The notes: generated by a model not told the origin, from the letters alone. A DNA stretch of 64,000 bases from an uncultured Planctomycetota bacterium (GCA_963823665.1 CAWGMQ010000004.1:1472001-1536000); one strand, 5' to 3'; shown: positions 19,713-29,969, numbered from the stretch's first letter. Numbers and translations are program-made.

Positions 19713-22700
19713 TCAGTGCACGGGTTCTCCTCGGCCGCCCCTGAAGGCCAGGTAACCGACCGGAATCAGCAGCCGGGTCAAGAGCATGTTTGTGATCAGG
19801 CCGCCGATGACGGCGATCGCCAGCGGCTGCTGCATCTGGGCACCGGGTCCGCTGCCCATGGCCAGGGGCACCAGACCGAGGATTGTGCAGAGGCTGGTCA
19901 TCAGAATCGGTCGGAACCGGGTGCGACCAGCCTGTACCAGGGCCTCGCGGAGGGGAATACCCTCGCGCCGTAGTTGCCCGATGTACTCGATCAGGATGAT
20001 GCCATTCTTGACGTCGAGTCCGATGAGCAGGATGGCGCCCATGAACGACGAGACGTTGAGCGGAGTGCGTGTGATCCAGAGGGCGAAAAGGGCGCTGGCC
20101 AGCGAGACCGGCTGGGCCAGAAAGATCAGGAGTGGCAGGGTGAGGCTCCTGAACTGGAAACCAAGCAGAAGGAAGACGAGCGCCGCCGCGCAGATAATTA
20201 CCAAGAGCAGACTGGCGAAAGATTCCTGCTGCGCGCGGTAGCTCCCGGCCAGCTCCCAACGATAACCGCGGGGGAACTCGATCTTTTCCAGCTCGGCCCG
20301 CAGGTCGCGGTTGACCGAGCCGAGGTCTCGATTCTCGAGCTCGGCGGTCACCGTGATTACCGGCTGCTGGTTCTCGCGCCACAGCTCGTTCGGGCTGCGC
20401 ACGGTCCGGATCGACGCAATCTGACCGAGCGTGACGAAGCCAATTCCGGCGGACGCGGCGGCACTCGTAGCCCCGGAGGCCGGTGCCGCGGTCGCCAGAC
20501 TGATCGGCAAGAGCGACAGATGCTCCTGGTCGTATCGGACCCGGTCGGGATACCGGACGCGGATTTTGGTCATCCGGTCCTGTTCGGGAACGGTGCTGGC
20601 AACCTGGCCGTAGAGCGCGGCGTTGAGCTGAGCCTCGACGTCGGCCACAGTGAGGCCGACCCGCGACGTCTGGACGCTGTCGGGCCGGATCACGATGTCC
20701 GGGTTGCCAAGATAGACGTGGGCGTTGACGTCAGCCGCGCCATGGACCTCTTCGACGATCTTGCCGACCTTCTCCGCCAGCGTGCGGAGTGTCGCGAACT
20801 CGGGGCCGAAGATCTTGACCTCGACGGGGCTCGCGACGCCCGCCAGGTCGTTGATCTGGTCCTGCACGAGCGGCACGAACTCGGTTTCCAGCTCGGGGAC
20901 CTCGGCCTTGAGCTGCTCGCGGAGGACGTCGAACAGCTCGCTAGCCGGCCGGCGCCGGCCGGGAGGTTTGAGGCTCACCAGGATGTCGCCGGTGTACGCC
21001 TCGGTGGCGAAGAAGCCGAGCTCCGCCCCGGTACGGCGGATGTAGCCGGAGATATCGGGCGTGCGCAGGAGCACGGCCTCAACCCGGCGCAAGACCTTGT
21101 CGGTCTGGGCCAGCGAGGTGCCCACCGGCATTTCGTAGTCGAGCACAAACGCTCCCTCATCCATATCGGGCATGAAGCCGGTCTCAAGGTGCAGGAACAG
21201 CCACACGCCAGGCACGATTGCCAGAATCGCCAGCAGCACCGTCGGCCACGGGAACCGCAGCCCGACCCGCAACATTCCCTCGTAGCGGTTGGCCAGCAGG
21301 TTATAAACAGGGCCGGTCGTCGGCATCGGCCGGCGCCCCAGGAAGCGGGCGGCCAGCACCGGGATGATTGTCAGACTCACCACCATCGAAACCAGCAGCG
21401 CCACGGAGAGCGCCAGGCTCAGCGACTGGAAGAACTGGCCGACCACTCCGCGCACGAACGCGAGCGGCAAGAAGACCAGAATCGTCGTCAGCGTCGAGCC
21501 GATGACTGCGCCGCTGATTTCGCGGCTGGCGCGGTCCACGGCTGCGTCGCCGGTTTCGCCTTCGGCCAGGTGCCGCGCGATGTTCTCGATCACGACCACG
21601 GTGTCGTCGATGATCAGCCCGATGGCGACGGCGAGTCCGCCCAGCGACATCAAGTTCAGCGTGTCTCTGGTCAGGTACAGAAATGCAAAGCTGATCACGA
21701 GGCTAAGGGGGATGGAAAGCGCGGCGATCGCCGTGGCACGCAAGCTCTTGAGAAACAGCAGGAGGATCACAACACTCAGGAGACCGCCCACGACGATGGC
21801 ATCGCGGACGTTGGCGATCGCGGTGCGGACAAGCGACCCTTGGTCGTAGACGGGATGAATCTCGATGCCGTTCGGGACACTCTTCGCCGCGTCGGCCAGG
21901 ACACTCCGCAGGGCGCTCGAGACGGCCAGTGCGTTGCCCCCCAGGCGGCGGAACACCGTCAGGGCGACTGCATCCTTGCCATTGGAACGGATCGCCATCG
22001 TCCGATCCTCGTGTCCGATCGCGACGCGACCCAGGTCGCGGAGCCGGATCGGCTGCCCATTCTTCTCGGCGATGACGACGTCCTCCAGATCGAACGGGTC
22101 GGTCGCCTGCGTATCGGAGAGCACCTGGTATTGCAACGCCCCGCGGTCGAGACGCCCGACCGCCTTGAGCCGGTGCTCCCGTCCCAGGCGGTCGGAGACG
22201 TCGGAGATCGATAGGTTGGCTGCAGCCAGCGAATCGGGAAGAAGCTCGACGATGATCTCCCGGATGTCGCCCCCTTGAACAGTGACGTACGAGACGTCGG
22301 GTATGCGGCTGATCCGGGGCCGCAGGTCGTAGTAGGCGTAGTCGTGCAGGGCCGACGGATCACGACCGCCGGTCACCACGAACGAGATGATCGGGAAGAC
22401 CGAGGGGGTCTGGCGCTCGGTGATCGTGCTCGTGCCGGGGGGGAGCTGTGCACCGACTTCGGCCATGCGGGCGCGCACGTCATTCAGCGCCTGGATCATG
22501 TCGGTCTCCGGGGCGAAGTCGATCGACAGCTCGGCGGCCCCGCGCACAGACTTGGACCGGACGCGGACGACTCCCAGCACGATGCCGACGACCTCCTCGA
22601 TCGGGCGGGTGACGGCCACCTCGACATCCTTGACCGCAAGTCCCGGCGTTTGCGCGATGACGACGATTCGGGGGAAGGCAACCTCCGGATAGATCCCGCT

Positions 22701-22853
22701 GGGCATGCGCAGCATCGCCACGGTGCCGAAGACGGTCAACAAAGCGGTGGTCAGAACGATCAGGCCGAAGTACGGCCTGGCCACGGCAACCAGGTTGATG
22801 CCTGCGGCGACGGGCGGGCGGCGAGCGGTCTCCGGTTCCGCGGTCAGGCTCAT
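19713..22853 (-). CDS. RND efflux permease (CusA/CzcA/AcrB family)
   Basis: 1046 aa. NLMSLGGLAVAIGLIIDDTVVVIENI, GFMPDMDEG, RFRPILMTSL, QQPLAIAVIGGL. Confidence 0.93.
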   Translation of the reverse strand: MSLTAEPETARRPPVAAGINLVAVARPYFGLIVLTTALLTVFGTVAMLRMPSGIYPEVAFPRIVVIAQTPGLAVKDVEVAVTRPIEEVVGIVLGVVRVRSKSVRGAAELSIDFAPETDMIQALNDVRARMAEVGAQLPPGTSTITERQTPSVFPIISFVVTGGRDPSALHDYAYYDLRPRISRIPDVSYVTVQGGDIREIIVELLPDSLAAANLSISDVSDRLGREHRLKAVGRLDRGALQYQVLSDTQATDPFDLEDVVIAEKNGQPIRLRDLGRVAIGHEDRTMAIRSNGKDAVALTVFRRLGGNALAVSSALRSVLADAAKSVPNGIEIHPVYDQGSLVRTAIANVRDAIVVGGLLSVVILLLFLKSLRATAIAALSIPLSLVISFAFLYLTRDTLNLMSLGGLAVAIGLIIDDTVVVIENIARHLAEGETGDAAVDRASREISGAVIGSTLTTILVFLPLAFVRGVVGQFFQSLSLALSVALLVSMVVSLTIIPVLAARFLGRRPMPTTGPVYNLLANRYEGMLRVGLRFPWPTVLLAILAIVPGVWLFLHLETGFMPDMDEGAFVLDYEMPVGTSLAQTDKVLRRVEAVLLRTPDISGYIRRTGAELGFFATEAYTGDILVSLKPPGRRRPASELFDVLREQLKAEVPELETEFVPLVQDQINDLAGVASPVEVKIFGPEFATLRTLAEKVGKIVEEVHGAADVNAHVYLGNPDIVIRPDSVQTSRVGLTVADVEAQLNAALYGQVASTVPEQDRMTKIRVRYPDRVRYDQEHLSLLPISLATAAPASGATSAAASAGIGFVTLGQIASIRTVRSPNELWRENQQPVITVTAELENRDLGSVNRDLRAELEKIEFPRGYRWELAGSYRAQQESFASLLLVIICAAALVFLLLGFQFRSLTLPLLIFLAQPVSLASALFALWITRTPLNVSSFMGAILLIGLDVKNGIILIEYIGQLRREGIPLREALVQAGRTRFRPILMTSLCTILGLVPLAMGSGPGAQMQQPLAIAVIGGLITNMLLTRLLIPVGYLAFRGGRGEPVH

Positions 22854-24169
22854 TGGGCGCCTTCCTCTGCCGGGGCCGCGCTCTTCTCGCCTTCCAGCTT
22901 GACTCCGGCGCCTTCAGGCAGGTTGTATCCACCTTCCACGATCACCGGCTCCCCCTCTTTCAGATCGGTGGACGAGATTCCCACCCAGCCGTCATTCGAT
23001 GCCCCGACCTCGGGGTGGAGCACGACGGACTTGCCGTCCCGGACGACGGATAGGACCGGTCCCTCTCCCAGGTCGAGGATCGCCGCGGACGGGACCTGGA
23101 GCACGGCTTTTTGCTCGCTCACCACAATGGATACTCGGACCGACTCCCCGATCGTAAGCCGCCCCTGCGGGTTGTCCACCAGGACGCGGATCGGAAGGTT
23201 TCCCGACTGCGGGTCGGCTACCTGACCCACGAATGTAACCTTGCCGGTCATCTCGTCCTTTTCGGCACCGGAGGAGCCCCGTGAGGGTCCGCCGGAATCG
23301 ACAATCGCCACGCGAGCCAGTTGCCCGACGTGCACCAGCGATGCCGACCGGGTAGGGTTCCAGACCGACGCGAACACCTGTCGCGTATCGACCACCTCGC
23401 CGATCGGGCTGCCGACCGCGATCGTCTGACCGATGCGGCACGTGAGACTATCCACCGTGCCATCGATCGGCGCGCGTATCGTATGGTAGTCCAGGTGCGC
23501 CCTGGAAAATGCGACCAGCGCATCGGCCGTCTTGATTCTGCCCTCGGCCTCTGCGACTGCCTCCGGACGCGGGCCGATTATCATTGCGTGCAACGTGGCC
23601 TCGGCTGTCTTCTGCTGCAACCGGGCTACCTCGACGGCTTTCTCCGCGTCGAACAATTGCTGCTTCGAGGCCAGGTTGGTAACCCTGAGTGATTGGAGCC
23701 CCTCGGCGACGGCCTGCGCACGTTCGACCGCCACCCTGGCCTGATCGACCGCAAGCTCGCCCGGCGCCCGCTCTTCGCGGCGGGGTAGCGATTTGAGGAC
23801 GGCCAGAGACGCTCTGAGTCCGTCGCGAGTTGCAGTTTTCTCTGCCAGGTCTGCTCGTGCGACCGTCTCGTCGAGCGCAACCAGCGGCTGTCCCTTCTTG
23901 ACCGCATCGCCTTGCTTTACGAACAGTTCGTGGACATGCCCCTCGACGGCCGGTGTCAGTGTCGCAATGCGGTCCGGCAGAGCTTCGCACCTCCCGAGGG
24001 CCTCCACAGTCTCCGACATCGCCCCCCGTCGCGCCGGCTCGGTTCGCACTGAGACAGATGCTTCGTGCGTCTCGTCGGCAGCACCATCCTCCGTCTCGCT
24101 CCCGTGCTCCTTGCATCCGACCACCCCAGCCAGGAGCAAGACACCCGTAACCAAACGCCGATGAACCAT
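22850..24169 (-). CDS. RND periplasmic adaptor (membrane fusion protein), lipoprotein
   Basis: Lipobox VVGC, lipoyl halves (VKQGDAVKKGQPL, IRAPIDGTV), coiled-coil hairpin, VPSAAI. Confidence 0.9.
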   Translation of the reverse strand: MVHRRLVTGVLLLAGVVGCKEHGSETEDGAADETHEASVSVRTEPARRGAMSETVEALGRCEALPDRIATLTPAVEGHVHELFVKQGDAVKKGQPLVALDETVARADLAEKTATRDGLRASLAVLKSLPRREERAPGELAVDQARVAVERAQAVAEGLQSLRVTNLASKQQLFDAEKAVEVARLQQKTAEATLHAMIIGPRPEAVAEAEGRIKTADALVAFSRAHLDYHTIRAPIDGTVDSLTCRIGQTIAVGSPIGEVVDTRQVFASVWNPTRSASLVHVGQLARVAIVDSGGPSRGSSGAEKDEMTGKVTFVGQVADPQSGNLPIRVLVDNPQGRLTIGESVRVSIVVSEQKAVLQVPSAAILDLGEGPVLSVVRDGKSVVLHPEVGASNDGWVGISSTDLKEGEPVIVEGGYNLPEGAGVKLEGEKSAAPAEEGAQ

Positions 24170-24283
24170 GATCGCAATGCCTCGGTTCGCTCAAGGTGTT
24201 AAAGGTCTCTGAGGGAATGTGGCCCACAGACGATCGCTTTACCAAGGTACACGCTGGCAGAATGCACGGCATGAGCAGTTTGG

Positions 24284-24391
24284 TTAATTCTTTTTAATGA
24301 ACGAGTGATCGATTCGAGGCTGTCGCTTCTGCAAAAACAATGACACAGCATCACTGAACGCCTCGGGCTGTTCGATGTTGACCATGTGGCC
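24284..24391 (-). pseudogene. C-terminal remnant of an alpha/beta-hydrolase
   Basis: Minus strand translates GHMVNIEQPEAFSDAVSLFLQKRQPRIDHSFIKKN*, matching the GH..EQPE.F...V..FL tail of alpha/beta hydrolases. No GxSxG upstream. Confidence 0.55.
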
Positions 24392-24534
24392 GGGAAATCT
24401 GGACGTCCATCTTCCGACGACAATGCGGAGATCGAGACACTGCATCAAGTCTGCGGACTCTCCAAGAAACTCGGAACCGTTCGCGGCGGTCGCTACACTA
24501 TGAGGGTCAACGCCAGCTATGGAGGGTCAGAACT

Positions 24535-26712
24535 GTGCATGGGAAACGAACATCGGCCCTGATTCATGGCGTCCAGACGCTCTTCGAATCCGGCGCGATC
24601 GGTCAGCAGACTGACGGCGAGCTATTACGGCGCTTTCGCGAATGCCATGAGACAGCCGAGGCTTCGTTTGATGTGCTCCTTGAGCGTCACGGGCCGATGG
24701 TTCTGCGCGTCTGTCGTTCCATCCTGCGCGATGAGCACGATGCGCAGGACGCTTTCCAGGCGACTTTTCTGGTTCTGGTCCGCCGTGCCCACTCGGTGCG
24801 AAATCGAGAATCGATCGGAAGCCGGCTGTACGGTGTCGCGCTGCGAGTGGCGGCCTGTGCCCGGTCCTCGATCGCCCACCGTCGCAAACAAGAATGCCGG
24901 GCCGCCGAGCGGGCGGCTTCGGTCCCGGTCGACGATGCGGCTCGTCGCGAGATCACCGCGATCATCCACGAAGAGCTCGGCCGAGCTGGCCCGCGCCAGG
25001 TCTCCGACCTGGTTTCTCTGAGAGCACTTCACTACGCACGCAGAGCGTTGAGCGCCACGCAAATCACTCGAGCATTGCTCATCCCCTCGCTCCTGCTGGC
25101 CGGGCTCATTGCCGCCGCGGGCGCCGCATTCGCATTACCGAAGCAGGAACCGTCACGCGCCGGTGCGGCGGCTCAGACGACGGCGAAGGACGCCGCGCTG
25201 GCCAAACAGGCGAATGGTCGTATGACGAAGGAGATTCTTTTCGTCCACGTCGTCGATACCAGCGGCCAGGGTGTGCCGAACGTCGAGGTCAAGACTCGGG
25301 ATCGACTCACTGCCAAAGAAATCGGCCGCTTTCGGACGGGGCTGGGCGGCTGGTTGACGGTTCCCGTCGACGAATCGTTCACACAAATCGTGTTCGAGGC
25401 CCGGCCCGATGCTCAAACGCTCGGCTGGGCGAGCATCCGCTCGGGGGAGCTGACACCGACCGGACGGAAGGACGACCCCGTGAATATGGTCCTCCTGCCG
25501 CGCACGCATCGGGTCGAAGGATCGATCGTCGATGTGCGAGGCAAGCCGATTCGCGGCGCCACGGTGCAGGTTGTGCAGCTCAATCACGACGTCAATCGAT
25601 TCGCGACGGGTTCTGGGCAACTTTGGGCGGAATCAGCCTTGGTGGGCTCGGCCGTTACTGACCAGGCGGGTAAGTACGCTATGACGCTGCCGCAGGGCAC
25701 GAGCACCCTCCTTTCCGTACATCACCCCAGGTATTTCGGGCCGACCTTTGGCTGTCATCCCGAAGACCGCGCGCTCAAGCCGGTTACCCTGCGGGACGCC
25801 GGTGGAATCGCGGGCACCGTGATCAACTCGATCACCAAACAGCCCGTCGCTGGCGCACAGGTTGGCGTCGAGCTCGTCGAGCTTCCCGACACAGTCCTGG
25901 GCGGCGGAGGAGGGAAAGCGACCACGGACGCTGGCGGCGGGTTTGTCATCGGCGGCCTGGGACCCGGGACATACAACCTGCTTTTCTATGGCAGCCCGAA
26001 CGAAAAAGCACTGGTCGCACAGGCGGTCGAAGGCGTGCGCGTCAAGGTGGGGGAAGACACACGCGCCGACTTGTCGGTGATCACGGGCCGGCGACTGCGC
26101 GGAGTTGCGATCGATACCGTGACGAATAAGCCCATGGCCGGCGCATGGATCATGTGTCATAGCCTTTCTCATCCCCGCTCGGGCGCCGCCTGCCAGAGTG
26201 TGAGAGCCGACGAGCTCGGGCAGTTCGAGTTCTTTGTACCGCCGGGTCCGGTCTTCGTGTACATCGGGAGTGCCGGGCTGGTCGGACGAAGCCACAAGAA
26301 GCACCTGATCGTCCCCGATGACCAAGACCCCGAGCAAGTGATCCTCGAGCGGCGCTACCCCGTAGGATTCGATTCCTCCCCTCGCCCGTACTTACCAGTG
26401 AAATGCACTGTCCACGTGCGAATGGCAGTCGTCGACGGCGGCCAGGGGGCAGGGGGGCGCACGCTGAGCGGTCGAGTTTTTGACCCAGGCGGCTTGCCGA
26501 TTGCCAGCGTGCGCGTCCATTACAACGCCAACAAGCGGTTCGTCGAAGCCGCGACAGATCGCATGGGCTTCTTCCGCCTGACGGGGCTTCCACCAGGGCT
26601 GCTACGTATCGGCCTTGTCAAGAACGGATACGGACGCGGTTCGGTGGAGATTCCAGCCGAGGCGTATGAAGTGGACATCATACTGGCCAAGGGCGCCGAG
26701 CAGGACGAGTGA
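24535..26712 (+). CDS. Membrane-anchored ECF sigma factor with extracytoplasmic carboxypeptidase-regulatory-like repeats; sigma region 4 missing
   Basis: Sigma2 (TDGELLRRF...RHGPMVLRVCRSILRDEHDAQDAFQATFLVL), then HEELGR joined directly to a linker and TM, then repeated G.V.D..GKP..GA.V domains. Confidence 0.8.
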   Translation: MHGKRTSALIHGVQTLFESGAIGQQTDGELLRRFRECHETAEASFDVLLERHGPMVLRVCRSILRDEHDAQDAFQATFLVLVRRAHSVRNRESIGSRLYGVALRVAACARSSIAHRRKQECRAAERAASVPVDDAARREITAIIHEELGRAGPRQVSDLVSLRALHYARRALSATQITRALLIPSLLLAGLIAAAGAAFALPKQEPSRAGAAAQTTAKDAALAKQANGRMTKEILFVHVVDTSGQGVPNVEVKTRDRLTAKEIGRFRTGLGGWLTVPVDESFTQIVFEARPDAQTLGWASIRSGELTPTGRKDDPVNMVLLPRTHRVEGSIVDVRGKPIRGATVQVVQLNHDVNRFATGSGQLWAESALVGSAVTDQAGKYAMTLPQGTSTLLSVHHPRYFGPTFGCHPEDRALKPVTLRDAGGIAGTVINSITKQPVAGAQVGVELVELPDTVLGGGGGKATTDAGGGFVIGGLGPGTYNLLFYGSPNEKALVAQAVEGVRVKVGEDTRADLSVITGRRLRGVAIDTVTNKPMAGAWIMCHSLSHPRSGAACQSVRADELGQFEFFVPPGPVFVYIGSAGLVGRSHKKHLIVPDDQDPEQVILERRYPVGFDSSPRPYLPVKCTVHVRMAVVDGGQGAGGRTLSGRVFDPGGLPIASVRVHYNANKRFVEAATDRMGFFRLTGLPPGLLRIGLVKNGYGRGSVEIPAEAYEVDIILAKGAEQDE

Positions 26713-26753
26713 GCGGTGCGCTCTGCTGGTATGCGGTCGTTGCCGGTCCATTA

Positions 26754-27503
26754 TCATCTGGCTTCTTTTGGTCGCTCAGGCCGTCGCAGTCGCAAAGGCG
26801 GTAAGGTGAACGACCGGAAGCCAACAGGAATCTCCACAGTCTCTCGAAAGCCCCGAGCGTATGCTTGCGCGTACGTCGCGGGAAGGCTGAAAGCGACGAC
26901 CTCTGCCTTGCCGGAGTTCAGCCTGACGCGGAAAACGCCGCGCAAGTCTGTCTCCCGGATCGGGGCCAAGTTTCCGAGGAAAGACAGCCTTCCGAACCCG
27001 ATGATAGCCAGTTTGACTGGCGTGACAGGGTCGTCAGACTCGGCATCGACGAACCGCCCTTCGACTTCCACGCCTTCGAGCAGCTCGAGCTCCACCCCCT
27101 CGACTCGCCGCCCCGGCTCGAGTGCCACGACTGCGGGCCGGTAGGTCCATCGGTCATCCGCAGGGGGAGAGTGGATGTAGATCTCTGCCTTACCCTGGCA
27201 CATCGCCGGTAGCTCACCAGCCAGCTCGAACTTGCCGGAGGCGTCTGTCTCCGTCCAGTCCATTCCGAGCAACGGTCCGGGCGGGTGCTTGAAATCGCCC
27301 TTGACGAGCTGGAGCCTCAAGCCGCCGACGCGAACGCCCGGCACATGCGTCGTGACGCGGCCCGCGATGCGAACCCTGGGTGCGGTGCTGAACTTGATTC
27401 TCGTCTGGTTCCAGACCGCGGCGGCGCCGCCCGCGGTCACGAGCAAAAGCGCCAGGCCGAGCCTGGTCCTCCTTTTGATCCGGACGGATGATTGGTTGAG
27501 CAT
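26754..27503 (-). CDS. Membrane-anchored hypothetical protein with carboxypeptidase-regulatory-like beta-sandwich domains
   Basis: N-terminal TM. TETDASGKFEL, VEGRFVDAESDDPV, TDLRGVFRV. Confidence 0.6.
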   Translation of the reverse strand: MLNQSSVRIKRRTRLGLALLLVTAGGAAAVWNQTRIKFSTAPRVRIAGRVTTHVPGVRVGGLRLQLVKGDFKHPPGPLLGMDWTETDASGKFELAGELPAMCQGKAEIYIHSPPADDRWTYRPAVVALEPGRRVEGVELELLEGVEVEGRFVDAESDDPVTPVKLAIIGFGRLSFLGNLAPIRETDLRGVFRVRLNSGKAEVVAFSLPATYAQAYARGFRETVEIPVGFRSFTLPPLRLRRPERPKEAR

Positions 27504-27761
27504 GCCTCACCCTCGCTTCGACGCGGCACGTCACTTCATCCCGCGCCGAAATAGCCTGGTGGCTTTCTCCTCGCGTCCACCAGTTTACACTCCCGGAAGA
27601 TCGGGGCGATGGGTAATTGATTGCGAAGCAAATAACGATCATGCTGTCACGATCATCATCCGTTTGCGCCGGAATCCCGATTGCGGAGCCGACTTGCTCA
27701 AGCAGACGCGCGTGCGTCATGCCGGCGCAGTGTTGATGTCAAAACGTCTGAGGAATCGCGG

Positions 27762-28235
27762 ATGCCCGTCGCAACAGCCAAAGTCCAAGGTCGCCGCAAG
27801 CTCGCGTACAAGTCATTTGACGAGTTGCTCGCCGATGCCGACCGGCTCAGCGCCGGACCGGTGAAGACGCTGGGCAACTGGTCGCCGGGGCAGATTTTTC
27901 GCCACCTCGCGATCGCCTACAACGGCTCGATTGATGGCTTCAACACGACCTTTCCCTGGTTCATGCGGTTCGTGGCCGGAATGTTCAAGAACAAGCTGAT
28001 CAACGGCGCGATGCCGCCTGGAATCAAAGTGCCAGCCAAGTTCGCGAAGCAGGTGATGCCCGACGCGACCTCCACGGAAGACGGCCTGGCTCAGCCTCAC
28101 GCGGCTGTCGCACGACTGAAACGAGAGCCGCAACGCGGCAAGCATCCGGTGTTCGGCGATATGACCAAAGAGGAGTGGGACAAGATCCACTTGAACCACG
28201 CGAACTTGCACATGAGTTTTCTGGTTCCGGAGTGA
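27762..28235 (+). CDS. DUF1569 (DinB-like) protein
   Basis: LGNWSPGQIFRHLA...HPVFGDMTKEEWDKIHLNHANLHMSF. Confidence 0.85.
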   Translation: MPVATAKVQGRRKLAYKSFDELLADADRLSAGPVKTLGNWSPGQIFRHLAIAYNGSIDGFNTTFPWFMRFVAGMFKNKLINGAMPPGIKVPAKFAKQVMPDATSTEDGLAQPHAAVARLKREPQRGKHPVFGDMTKEEWDKIHLNHANLHMSFLVPE

Positions 28236-28372
28236 ATATGCACGGGGCGTTTCGCCATTGAGCGCGTTCAGCGGCCGATGCACAAACGTCACATCAAATT
28301 CACGTGAGCTTCACGGCGGCTTCAGCCCGATCGGCGATGATCGGATTTTCGACTCTCACCTGGAGAACGTCC

Positions 28373-29839
28373 ATGCGAACGGTCCGACTGCTCATCGCCG
28401 GAACCCTCCTCCTTTCCCTACGCTCTGCCTGGGCCGGTGTTGCGGACGAGGCGCACGGTGCACTTGCAGCCGCGTTCTCGGTGAAGCCGTACCTTCAGAT
28501 CGGCCGCACGCCGGCCCGCGACGCACTGGTGCTGCTCTGGCACACACCCGACGCGGACGCCGAGTGGTCCGTCGAATATCAGGCCGGGGAGAGCCGGAAC
28601 TGGACGAAGGTGGGCGAACCTGCTTATCGGACGGTCGCGCTGCCTGGCGTCGAGCCGCACCGCGTGTATCGGGCCGCCTTGACCGGCCTCGCGCCGGGCG
28701 GCACGTTCGGCTACCGTGTCATAAAGGGCGGAGAGGCTGTTTTCTCGGCCGAAGCGCGGGCCCCCAAGTCGGCGAGCCAGCGCTACCGCTTTGTCGCGTT
28801 CGGCGATTGCGGGGCGGGCACGGCTGAGCAGAAACCAATTGCCTACCAGGCGTTCCTGGCGAAGCCGGATTTTCTGATCATTCCCGGAGACATGGTCTAC
28901 GAGCGCGGCCGGGTCGCCGAGTACCGCGACCAGTTCTGGCCGGTTTACAACGCCGACGAGCCCTCGCCGTCGGGTGGCGTGCCGCTGGCCAGGTCGACCC
29001 TCTTGCTGGCCGCGCCGGGGAACCACGACACCGACACCCGCGACCCGGAGAAGATGAACGGGAACCTCGCGTATTTCTACTACTGGGATCAACCGCTCAA
29101 CGGCCCGGTTGGCAAGGAAGGGGGGCCATTTGTGCCCACGCTCGACCTGCCGGAGGCGTTCCGGACGGGTCTGGTGCGGGCCGCGGGCGATGCCTATCCC
29201 CGGATGACAAACTTCTCGTTCGACTACGGCAACGCCCACTGGACGGTGATCGACTCCAATCCTTACGTCGACTGGGCCGACCGGACCGACCACTCGCTGA
29301 AGGACTGGATCGCGGCCGATCTGGCTGCCGCTCGGGGCGCGACGTGGCGGTTCATCGCATTCCACCACCCCGGCTTCAATTCGGCCCGCGAGCACTATGA
29401 GCAGCAGCAGATGCGGCTGCTCGCCCCGACCTTTGAAGCAGGCAAGGTGGACGTTGTCTTCAGCGGCCACGTCCACAACTATCAGCGATCGTACCCGCTG
29501 CGGTTCGTGCCCGATAAGAGCAGCACGCTGCTGGTAAGCAACGACCGCAAGACACCGAGGGGCCGGGTTGTCAACGGCCGGTGGACGCTCGACAAGACGT
29601 TCGATGGACGCTCGGACACCACGCCAGAGGGCGTGATTTACGTTATCACGGGCGCGGGAGGTCAGCACCTCTACAACCCCGAGCAGCAGGACGACCGCGA
29701 CTCCTGGCAGGGATTCACCTCCAAGTTTGTCTCCAAGGTCCATTCGCTGACCGTCGCCGACGTCGAGGGAACGACCCTCTCCGTGCGCCAGATCTCGGTG
29801 GACGGTGAGGAACTCGATCGCTTCGTGCTCACGAAGTGA
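28373..29839 (+). CDS. Secreted purple-acid-phosphatase-like metallophosphoesterase with an FN3-like N-domain
   Basis: Signal peptide. FGDCG, PGDMVY, PGNHD, FHHP, SGHVHNYQRS. Confidence 0.9.
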   Translation: MRTVRLLIAGTLLLSLRSAWAGVADEAHGALAAAFSVKPYLQIGRTPARDALVLLWHTPDADAEWSVEYQAGESRNWTKVGEPAYRTVALPGVEPHRVYRAALTGLAPGGTFGYRVIKGGEAVFSAEARAPKSASQRYRFVAFGDCGAGTAEQKPIAYQAFLAKPDFLIIPGDMVYERGRVAEYRDQFWPVYNADEPSPSGGVPLARSTLLLAAPGNHDTDTRDPEKMNGNLAYFYYWDQPLNGPVGKEGGPFVPTLDLPEAFRTGLVRAAGDAYPRMTNFSFDYGNAHWTVIDSNPYVDWADRTDHSLKDWIAADLAAARGATWRFIAFHHPGFNSAREHYEQQQMRLLAPTFEAGKVDVVFSGHVHNYQRSYPLRFVPDKSSTLLVSNDRKTPRGRVVNGRWTLDKTFDGRSDTTPEGVIYVITGAGGQHLYNPEQQDDRDSWQGFTSKFVSKVHSLTVADVEGTTLSVRQISVDGEELDRFVLTK

Positions 29840-29902
29840 CGCGGTTCGCCTTGATCCAATTCACGATCTCGTTGCGGCACGGGCGTGAATCTGGCGGGGA
29901 GA

Positions 29903-29969
29903 TCGCACTTACGTGCGAGGTTGGAAGTTCCCCGTCCGAACCACGGTCTCACGACCGTGGTCACGCGCT
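29903..29969. repeat. 67-bp REP-like palindromic element, copy 1
   Basis: 65/67 identical to 45732-45798. Internal hairpin ACCACGGTC-TCAC-GACCGTGGT. Confidence 0.9.

Noticed and set aside
19708..20382. Long N-terminal extension on the response regulator (458-aa ORF)
   Set aside because: It overlaps the RND gene in another frame. The real start is near 19707 or 19683.
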